Shown here: positions 57,274 to 64,000 of the stretch, in pieces
How positions within the stretch are numbered: position 1 is the stretch's first letter
How the letters are laid out: each line of letters begins with the position of its first letter
Assembly: GCF_965219815.1 (NCBI RefSeq)
Contig: NZ_OZ244791.1
Span: 3,500,491 to 3,564,490 of the forward strand
Source of the DNA: Candidatus Poriferisocius sp.
Lineage (GTDB): Bacteria; Actinomycetota; Acidimicrobiia; Acidimicrobiales; Bin134
DNA length: 64,000 nucleotides
Reading direction: 5' to 3'
Program-made: the position numbers and the translations under genes
Notes under the pieces: generated by a model
Databases searched by the model: none
What the model saw: the letters and a program-made list of their open reading frames with translations, nothing else
Told to the model about the DNA's origin: nothing

Positions 57274-57717
57274 ATGAGCGGGTTGCCGGAGGGGTCTTGG
57301 GCTTCGTCGGAGGCGACCCGAAAGTCGATGCAGGGGAATCGCAGCCGCGACACCAAGCCGGAATTGGCGGTTCGCTCGGCGGTTCATCGGCGAGGGTTGC
57401 GCTATCGGGTGGCCTCTCGGCCGCTACCGGAGCTACGCCGGACGGCCGATCTTGTATTCCGCAAGGCCAAGATCGCGGTGTTCGTGGACGGCTGCTACTG
57501 GCACGGCTGCCCGGAGCACCACACTCAACCGGCCACCAACCCCGAGTACTGGTCAGCCAAGATCACCGGCAATATCGCCCGCGACCAAGACACCGACGCC
57601 CACCTCCAAGAAGCCGGCTGGACCGTGCTGCGCTTCTGGGAACACGAAAACCCCGAAACTGTTGCCGATGCGGTGGAGCAATTGGTACGCGCTGCCTTAC
57701 AGCCAGGGAATCTCTGA
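57274..57717 (+). CDS. vsr: very-short-patch repair endonuclease
   Basis: Contains TKPELAVRSAVHRRGLRYRV, DLVFRKAKIAVFVDGCYWHGCPEH and VLRFWEHE, the canonical Vsr motifs. Confidence 0.9.
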   Translation: MSGLPEGSWASSEATRKSMQGNRSRDTKPELAVRSAVHRRGLRYRVASRPLPELRRTADLVFRKAKIAVFVDGCYWHGCPEHHTQPATNPEYWSAKITGNIARDQDTDAHLQEAGWTVLRFWEHENPETVADAVEQLVRAALQPGNL

Positions 57718-57731
57718 GAACTGCTCGCTGG

Positions 57732-58304
57732 CTAGCGGATGATGCCGCAACCCACGCGGCCGCCAGCGCCGCCGATGGGCTGGGTGAGGTGATCGTCGGG
57801 GTTCTCGTGGATGACCAACGTGGAACCGTCGGCATCAAGCAGTGCGGGCATTGACCCGCCAGAAATGGTCACCAGCGAGGTGAAGAACTCGGCTTGGGCA
57901 ATGCCGTCGGCCGCCGCGTACAGGTTGGGTAGGTCGCCGTTGTCGTGGTTGTCCACCGTGCGCTCAGGGTTCTTCAGGCCGTGCTGGGCTTCATCGGTGG
58001 CCGTGAGGTGACCGCCGGCCGCCTTGAAGTCGGGAGTGCAGGCACCAACTTCGTGCAGGTGGATGCCGTGCGCGCCGGGGGTGAGGCCACTCATCGACAT
58101 CGTAATCAGCACTCCTGTCGGCCCCTGCTCAAACTCGGCGCTGCCCACAACGTCGCCATCGGGGTTGACAATGCTGGCCGAGGCTGTGGCACCAACCCGG
58201 TCAGCCTCGTAAGCCTGCCCGTTGTCGTCGCTCCCGCAGGCCGCGGCCATCAAAAGGAAGCAGGCAACAAGAGCAGGGATTCTCCAAATGCTCCAGGAAA
58301 TCAT
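57732..58304 (-). CDS. sodC: Cu/Zn superoxide dismutase lipoprotein
   Basis: Lipobox LLMAAAC, plus HGIHLHEVGAC, GDLPNL and GGAGGRVGCGII. The start is ATG 58304; the Pro/Arg-rich 5' extension of the tracked ORF is rejected. Confidence 0.9.
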   Translation of the reverse strand: MISWSIWRIPALVACFLLMAAACGSDDNGQAYEADRVGATASASIVNPDGDVVGSAEFEQGPTGVLITMSMSGLTPGAHGIHLHEVGACTPDFKAAGGHLTATDEAQHGLKNPERTVDNHDNGDLPNLYAAADGIAQAEFFTSLVTISGGSMPALLDADGSTLVIHENPDDHLTQPIGGAGGRVGCGIIR

Positions 58305-58351
58305 GGGAGCGAGGCTATATCGCGCTACAGGCTTAACCGCGCCAATGAAGT

Positions 58352-59533
58352 TCAGCAGCGGAAGCGGTGGGCGCGGGACTGGCGGCGGGAGGCGATTTGG
58401 GTGGCGCGTTGGTCGGGGGTGAAGCGGGTCACGAAGTCGGGGAGGTGGGAGTCGACCTCCATGAAGGGGACTACTTGGCCCTCGGGGGTGGGCATGGAGG
58501 AGCTGAGGACCCAGCGGAAGGTGATGAGAGCCTCGGGGCGGCCCTCGGTGTCGAGCCAGTTCTGCACGCCGGGGTCGTGGTGGGCCACCACGATGCGGAA
58601 GCGGCCGTCGGGGTCCACCGCGATCTGGGCGTTGTTGAGGCTCACGGTGCGGTTGGCGAAGTCCAGCGACTCGAACCAGGCGTAGCTGTAGAGCATGAAC
58701 GACCAGTACTGGGCGTCGGGCACGTCGCAAGTCACTACCAGGGCCTCGTCGGGCCCCAGTTCATAGGAGCAGCCGCCGTAGCCGATGGCGTCGGCCCCGC
58801 CGGGTACCGAGCGGGGGCCGTAGAACACGTTGGGCGGGGCGGCTCGGCGGCTGCGCTCCATCCACTGGTTCCAAAACACCAGGGCGTCCTCGGCCCAGGC
58901 CATGGCCCGGTCCAAACCCTCGGCGAAGCCAGCCGGATCGAGCGGCTCAGGGCGCTCACCTTCACTGCCCACCCGCTCAACCACAAACCGGCCCGGCTCG
59001 TCCACTCCCCAGTCCACGTTGTACTCCCGCACGGAGATGTGGTCGGTGTGCTCGTCGATGGGGAGCCAGTTGCCGTCGTGGGGAGTTGCACTGGCGATGA
59101 AGGTGAAACTGCCATCGGGATCCACCGCGAAATCGTCGCTCGAGCGTTCGGCGGTGATGCCCAACCGGTTCTGGTGCATCTCGCCGTGGGCGCTTTGGAT
59201 CACGAACATCGCCCCTGGCGGCAGCCACCCATTGATCCGATAGGAGTGCTCAACACTCACGTGGGCCCGCCAATAGGTGTTGTCCACGTTGGGGCCACCC
59301 CAGCGCATCACGTCGTCGTTGTGGCGGTACATGACCGGGAAATCCCGGTCGCCAAACTCAACCTGCTCGACCCACCCCTGCATCAGCAGCCGGCCCAAGT
59401 GCCGGTAGCCCTCGGCCAGATCAGCCGCTCCCGCCGGAAAGTCGTCTTCCAGCAGCCGGTCGCCCGCGGCCTTCAAACGGTCGCTGAACTCCTGCCACGC
59501 TTCGCCTGATGCCAGCCTTTGTTCTTGATTCAC
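58352..59533 (-). CDS. conserved hypothetical protein (393 aa)
   Basis: Long ORF with GC-rich third positions. No motif is confidently recognised; it is possibly DUF1214-like. Confidence 0.6.
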   Translation of the reverse strand: MNQEQRLASGEAWQEFSDRLKAAGDRLLEDDFPAGAADLAEGYRHLGRLLMQGWVEQVEFGDRDFPVMYRHNDDVMRWGGPNVDNTYWRAHVSVEHSYRINGWLPPGAMFVIQSAHGEMHQNRLGITAERSSDDFAVDPDGSFTFIASATPHDGNWLPIDEHTDHISVREYNVDWGVDEPGRFVVERVGSEGERPEPLDPAGFAEGLDRAMAWAEDALVFWNQWMERSRRAAPPNVFYGPRSVPGGADAIGYGGCSYELGPDEALVVTCDVPDAQYWSFMLYSYAWFESLDFANRTVSLNNAQIAVDPDGRFRIVVAHHDPGVQNWLDTEGRPEALITFRWVLSSSMPTPEGQVVPFMEVDSHLPDFVTRFTPDQRATQIASRRQSRAHRFRC

Positions 59534-59581
59534 GCCGCAACGGTAGTGAGGCGACTAAGGACCTGCTTGAAACTGAGTAGA

Positions 59582-60238
59582 TCAGATGCCCGGGGCGACG
59601 CGGGTGAGGACCCTGAGGGAGCCGGTGACTGGGTTTTCTCTGAAAGCACCGGAGGCCATGGCCCGGCAGTAGATCTCGTAGGGCGGGCGGCCGCCATCGG
59701 CGGGGTTGGGAAACACGTCGTGGATGGCCAACCGCCCGCCGATGGCCACGTGGGGCACCCAATTCTCATAGTCGGCGTGGGCCGGCTCGGTGCCGTGGCC
59801 GCCGTCAATGAATAAGAAGGCCAGCGGGGTGGACCAGTTCTGGGCAATGGCCACTGAGTCGCCCACTAAAGCCACCACGCTCCCTTCCAACCCGGCCTCA
59901 TACACGGTACGCCGGAAATGGGGCAGGGTGTCGATCAGGCCGACGGCGGGATCGACGAGATCGGGCTCGTGCCACTCCCAGCCCGGCTGGTTCTCCTCGG
60001 AGCCCCGGTGGTGGTCGAGGGCGAACAGCAGTCGGCCTTGGGCTTGAGCGGCATCGCCCAGATACACCGACGATTTGCCGCAGTAGCTGCCCACTTCCAG
60101 CAGCGGCCCGTCGACCTCCAAGTCGCAGGCGGCCTGGTGCAGCGCCATTCCCTCGTCGGGGTGCATGAACCCCCGGGCGCCCTCAGCGAACGCCCGCCGA
60201 CTGGGTTCCATCGTCTTGAGTCTCGAGGCCCATGTCAA
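59582..60238 (-). CDS. class I SAM-dependent methyltransferase (O-methyltransferase-like)
   Basis: Contains LLEVGSYCGKSSVYL (motif I) and FIDGGH. The start is uncertain (60238 or 60211) and overlaps the end of the GtrA gene. Confidence 0.72.
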   Translation of the reverse strand: MTWASRLKTMEPSRRAFAEGARGFMHPDEGMALHQAACDLEVDGPLLEVGSYCGKSSVYLGDAAQAQGRLLFALDHHRGSEENQPGWEWHEPDLVDPAVGLIDTLPHFRRTVYEAGLEGSVVALVGDSVAIAQNWSTPLAFLFIDGGHGTEPAHADYENWVPHVAIGGRLAIHDVFPNPADGGRPPYEIYCRAMASGAFRENPVTGSLRVLTRVAPGI

Positions 60239-60677
60239 CTGACTCGCCGTCGAGCGCTGGACCGAACAAGTACTGGTCGCACACCGCGTACTTCACCAGC
60301 CATACCGTGCCGAAGGCGCCAACCGACGCCGCGGTGATGAACCAGCCGTTGTCGGTGGCGGCGTCCACCAAGCCCACGGCCAGCGACGACAGGGCCAGCC
60401 CAGCCAGCGAGACCAGCCAGAAGGGCAGTACTACTCGGCCCCATTGCGTAGGACCGCTGCTGTCCCACACCCACCCCCGGTACAGGAAATAGACGGGGAT
60501 ATTGGCGATCATGAAGGCAACCAGGTTGGACAACAGCCCCGACCAGCCGAACAGGTCGTAGCACACCCGAAGAATGGTCTGACCCAGCACCACTCCCACC
60601 GCCGATGTGCCGCAGTAGCGCAGCAGGCGGCGCCAGTTTTCCAAGACGTGAGCGCGAGCAGAGACAAGAAGCGTCAT
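60183..60677 (-). CDS. GtrA-family membrane protein
   Basis: LLRYCGTSAVGVVLGQTI...VAFMIANIPVYFLYRGWVW, with four hydrophobic helices. The start is ATG 60677, or alternatively TTG 60710. Confidence 0.8.
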   Translation of the reverse strand: MTLLVSARAHVLENWRRLLRYCGTSAVGVVLGQTILRVCYDLFGWSGLLSNLVAFMIANIPVYFLYRGWVWDSSGPTQWGRVVLPFWLVSLAGLALSSLAVGLVDAATDNGWFITAASVGAFGTVWLVKYAVCDQYLFGPALDGESVDMGLETQDDGTQSAGVR

Positions 60678-60765
60678 GGGGAGAAACAAGCGTACCCCAG
60701 CCCCTCTCAAATCCGACCACTAGGCCATAAGGTTTGCCTAACTCTGACGGTAGGATCAGTCGGTC

Positions 60766-61611
60766 ATGCAAGCAGAGGTAGATGCGCTCATCGAACTGCT
60801 GGATCTGGAGCCCATCGAGGAGGACATCTTCAGGGGAGTCAGCCCCCAAGAAGACCGCCAGCGGGTGTTCGGCGGTCAGGTGGCCGGCCAAGCCCTCGTA
60901 GCGGCCACCCGCACGGTGGAGGATCGCTCGGTCCACAGCCTCCAGGCCTACTTCATCCGTCCCGGCGATGTGGCTGCCCCCCTGGTGTATCTGGTGGAGC
61001 GGGTACGAGACGGCCGATCGTTCACCACCCGCCGGGTGACCGCCATCCAGCACGGCCAGCCCATCTTCGCCATGTCGGCCTCCTTCCACAAACAAGAAGA
61101 GGGCTTCGAGCACCAGACTGACCTTCCCGCAGGCATCCCCGACCCCGAAGAGTTGGAACCGTTCGTTTGGGACGGTTTCCCGGTGGACGACCAAGGCCGG
61201 ATGATCCGCCCCATCGAGCTGCGCTACGTGACCGGCTCGCCCGCGGAACGGGGCCAGAGCCGAGAGCCCCGCTTGCAGGTGTGGCTGCGGGCCACCGGCA
61301 CGCTGACCGAAAACCCTGTACTACACACCTGCATGTTCACTTACGCCAGCGACATGACCGTGCTGGACACCGCCACCAAGGCGCTGCCGGTGAGGGGCAA
61401 CGAGATCGACATCCAAGCGGCCAGCCTCGACCACGCCATGTGGTTCCATAGGCCGCTGCGAATGGATGACTGGATCTTCTTGGACCAGGTGTCCAACTCG
61501 GCCTCCAATGCCCGGGGCCTGGCGTGGGGCACGGCGTGGAACCGCACCGGCGAACTGGTGGCCTCAGTGGTGCAAGAGGGCTTGATCCGGCCCCTGCGGA
61601 AGCAGCCATGA
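60766..61611 (+). CDS. tesB: acyl-CoA thioesterase II
   Basis: Double hotdog; LEPIEEDIFRG, VFGGQVAGQAL and the LDHAMWFHRP motif. Confidence 0.9.
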   Translation: MQAEVDALIELLDLEPIEEDIFRGVSPQEDRQRVFGGQVAGQALVAATRTVEDRSVHSLQAYFIRPGDVAAPLVYLVERVRDGRSFTTRRVTAIQHGQPIFAMSASFHKQEEGFEHQTDLPAGIPDPEELEPFVWDGFPVDDQGRMIRPIELRYVTGSPAERGQSREPRLQVWLRATGTLTENPVLHTCMFTYASDMTVLDTATKALPVRGNEIDIQAASLDHAMWFHRPLRMDDWIFLDQVSNSASNARGLAWGTAWNRTGELVASVVQEGLIRPLRKQP

Positions 61612-62951
61612 GCCGCGGCCGGCAAATGGTGGTGGCAGTCGCCGGGATTTGCCTGCTAGTTGGCGCTTGCGGCGACAGCGAGGACAACCGGCGCAACGCG
61701 GAGCCACAAGTCGCGGCCACGGTAGCGGCTACCGCTGGTGCAGCAGCACCGACAGGCCCTGCTCCCGATTCGGGACCGGACGCCCCAACCGTTGCTGGAG
61801 GTCAGCCGGCTGACTCCCCTGCGACCGACCCGGCCCCCGACCCAGGCGAGGACGAACACGGCACGGTGGCCGTCCAGCCTGAAGAGGCGAACCTGGTGTT
61901 GACCCCGGTGGCATCGCTCACCGACCCGATGGCGCTCGTCGCCCGACCGGGCACCGGCGGCACCAGCGGAGACCTCTACGTGGCCACCCGGGAGGGCCAA
62001 GTGTGGCTGATGAACGCTGACGGGGATGAACCTCCCGAGATGGTGCTGGATATCAGCGACCAAACCAATCCAGAGTGCGAAGAAGGGCTGTTGGGCATCG
62101 CCTTCTCCCCTGACGGATCGAAGCTCTACGTGAGCTCCACCGACTTGAGGGGCGACAGCCTGATTGTGGAGTACCCCATGAGCGGGCAGTGGGTTCAGGG
62201 CGACCAGGGCCGGACGGTGCTGGGCGTCGACCAGCCGGCCTGCAACCACAATGGCGGCCATATCGCCTTCGGGCCCGACGGCTACCTGTGGATCGGATTC
62301 GGCGACGGTGGTGGCCGAGATGACATGTTCAACCAGGGCCAGAATCTGGACACCCTGCTAGCCGCCATGATCCGCATCGACCCCGAGGCCGATGGCAACG
62401 CGGATTACTCCATTCCCGCCGACAACCCGTTTGCCGACGGCGGGGGGCGAGCTGAGATCTGGCACTACGGGGCTCGCAACCCCTGGCGATTCTCCTTCGA
62501 CCGGACCACCGGCGATCTGTGGATCGCAGATGTGGGACAAAACGAGTGGGAAGAAGTCCACGTACTGCGGGCCGCCGACGGCTGGAAGCCAGGGGCCAAC
62601 TTGGGATGGCCGCTATTCGAAGGCCACGTCCGGTTCTCCGGCGTCGAAACTCCCGAAGATTTGGACTTCCCCGTTCACGTGTACGACCACGACACGGGCT
62701 GCTCCATAACCGGCGGCCACGTGTACCGGGGTTCGGCCATACCCAGCCTGGTGGGCACCTACGTATTCGGCGATTTCTGCCAAGGTCGCCTGTGGGGTCT
62801 CACCGTTGATGCCCAAGGAGTGGACACCAGAAAAGAGCTCGGCCTTTCCGTCGACCCGGTCACCCTGGTCTCCTTCGGTGAGGACGCGGCTGGCGAGCTG
62901 TATGTGCTGAGCTTCGACGACACCGTGTACCGGCTGGAGCTTGCCCAGTAG
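61608..62951 (+). CDS. PQQ-dependent (soluble) sugar dehydrogenase-like beta-propeller lipoprotein
   Basis: Lipobox LLVGAC, plus NHNGGHIAFGPDGYLWIGFGDGG and ARNPWRFSFD. The ATG at 61608 overlaps the tesB stop as ATGA. Confidence 0.85.
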   Translation: MSRGRQMVVAVAGICLLVGACGDSEDNRRNAEPQVAATVAATAGAAAPTGPAPDSGPDAPTVAGGQPADSPATDPAPDPGEDEHGTVAVQPEEANLVLTPVASLTDPMALVARPGTGGTSGDLYVATREGQVWLMNADGDEPPEMVLDISDQTNPECEEGLLGIAFSPDGSKLYVSSTDLRGDSLIVEYPMSGQWVQGDQGRTVLGVDQPACNHNGGHIAFGPDGYLWIGFGDGGGRDDMFNQGQNLDTLLAAMIRIDPEADGNADYSIPADNPFADGGGRAEIWHYGARNPWRFSFDRTTGDLWIADVGQNEWEEVHVLRAADGWKPGANLGWPLFEGHVRFSGVETPEDLDFPVHVYDHDTGCSITGGHVYRGSAIPSLVGTYVFGDFCQGRLWGLTVDAQGVDTRKELGLSVDPVTLVSFGEDAAGELYVLSFDDTVYRLELAQ

Positions 62952-62984
62952 TCGGCTTGATTCTGCGGATGCAAGAATGACCCG

Positions 62985-64000
62985 GTGAAGTTGAGCGGGG
63001 GGGAAGCTCTCGCAAAATCGCTGGTCCGAGAGGGCGTTGAAGTCGTCTTTGGAATACCTGGAATCCAGATGTACGGGATTGTGGCCGCGCTGCGCGACGA
63101 GCCCGGCATTCGGATGGTCACCACCCGGCATGAACAGGCCGCCACCTACATGGCCTACGGCTATTCCCGAGCGTCGGGCGTGCCGGGAGTGGCCCTCGTC
63201 GTTCCCGGTGTCGGCATATACAACGCAGCTGCGGGATTGGCCACGGCCCACGCCCGCTCTAGTCCGTTGTTGCTCATAGCCGGACAAATTCCCCGAGGGC
63301 AGATAGGGAAGAACCTGGGAGGTGTCCATGAGATCGAAGACCAGATGGACATCGTGCGACCTATCACCAAATGGCGCCAGCAAGCCCTGACTCCAAGAGA
63401 GATTCCCGCGGCCGTATCCGAGGCATTTCAGCAAATGCGCACCGGCCGCCCCCGTCCGACCTACATCGAATGCCCACCGGATGCCCTGGTAGAACGAGAT
63501 GAAGTCGAACTACCGGATCCCGCTTCTATCTCGCGACTCATGCCCAGCCGCGACCAGCTGCAAGAAGCAGCCTCGGCCATTTCGCAATCCCGACTTCCCC
63601 TGATAGTTGCCGGAGGCGGGGTAGCCCTCTCCGGCGCAGAGCAGGCGCTCCTCGAATTAGTCGAAGCCTCGAACATCCCGGTGGTGACATCGGGGGGTGG
63701 AAAGGGCGCCATCCCCGACAGCCATCCTTTGTGCTACGGCTCATGCGTCAGCCCCGGCGGTGAACGGCACGAGATGAATCAGCTCTTGGACGTTATGAAG
63801 ACCGCCGATGTCGTCATCGGGATTGGAACCCGCTTTTCCTTGGGCAACCCCGCCGGGGAGTCGTCGACGCTCGTGAACATCAACATCGACGACTTCGACC
63901 TCACCCGGATTCAAGACAACACCATCCCTTTGCACGGCGACGCCAAAGCAACCATCAACTCTCTCTTGCCACTTCTGGTTGAAGCCGGGTGTCGAGACCG
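62985..64000 (+). CDS. thiamine-pyrophosphate-dependent enzyme (acetolactate-synthase-like), 3' end outside the window
   Basis: My own translation from GTG 62985 gives VKLSGGEALAKSLVREGVEVVFGIPGIQMY...TTRHEQAATYMAYGYSRASG. It is open to the window end and is not in the ORF track. Confidence 0.85.
   Translation, partial: MKLSGGEALAKSLVREGVEVVFGIPGIQMYGIVAALRDEPGIRMVTTRHEQAATYMAYGYSRASGVPGVALVVPGVGIYNAAAGLATAHARSSPLLLIAGQIPRGQIGKNLGGVHEIEDQMDIVRPITKWRQQALTPREIPAAVSEAFQQMRTGRPRPTYIECPPDALVERDEVELPDPASISRLMPSRDQLQEAASAISQSRLPLIVAGGGVALSGAEQALLELVEASNIPVVTSGGGKGAIPDSHPLCYGSCVSPGGERHEMNQLLDVMKTADVVIGIGTRFSLGNPAGESSTLVNINIDDFDLTRIQDNTIPLHGDAKATINSLLPLLVEAGCRD

Noticed and set aside
57732-58730. The long 332-aa form of the sodC ORF, with a Pro/Arg-rich N-terminal extension of about 140 aa.
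   Set aside because: The extension is low-complexity. A proper signal peptide with a lipobox begins at the internal ATG 58304, and the extension overlaps the 3' end of the neighbouring gene.

Overview
High-GC (about 65%) Actinomycetota-type chromosomal segment carrying about 55 supportable genes. I found no rRNA, tRNA, CRISPR array, integrase or transposase. The backbone is housekeeping. It comprises a (deoxy)nucleoside catabolism/salvage cluster (deoA-add-HAD-NT5C-like | deoC-ALDH-ALDH-like | upp), a D-aminoacylase operon, a LysM lipoprotein, a 1-Cys peroxiredoxin, and a MacB-type ABC exporter with one ATPase and two internally duplicated FtsX permeases. It continues with pgi, a TPP-riboswitch-controlled thiamine operon (thiC-thiE-thiO-thiS-thiG-thiE-like-thiD), helD, hemE-hemY, lnt, dtd, and a glycosyltransferase/methyltransferase/prenyltransferase-like envelope cluster. 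The last part holds vsr, sodC, GtrA, tesB, a PQQ sugar dehydrogenase lipoprotein and a partial TPP enzyme. Two accessory islands interrupt this backbone. Island A (about 21.5-32.7 kb, between pgi and the thiC riboswitch) carries a three-gene SNF2/DUF3883-nuclease helicase, DUF1156 DNA methylase and DUF499 ATPase module. It is followed by a sharply low-GC two-gene cassette (44-aa Lys/Pro-rich peptide plus a 3-TM protein) and an AlbA_2/Schlafen-like gene broken by a single in-frame TGA. Island B (about 41.9-49.3 kb, between helD and hemE) carries a 1737-aa single-polypeptide fusion of a DnaQ-like exonuclease, a RecQ helicase core and a UvrD-like helicase. It also holds a DUF222/HNH endonuclease and a VapBC-like PIN toxin-antitoxin pair with a palindromic, near-leaderless promoter. 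Smaller oddities are an ALDH paralog lacking the catalytic domain, an Lnt homolog with Ser in place of the catalytic Cys, and two permease genes separated only by one in-frame TAA. There is also an 11-bp x3 tandem repeat that generates the hemY stop and the lnt start, and an orphan vsr. All family assignments come from motif recognition by eye; no searches were run.
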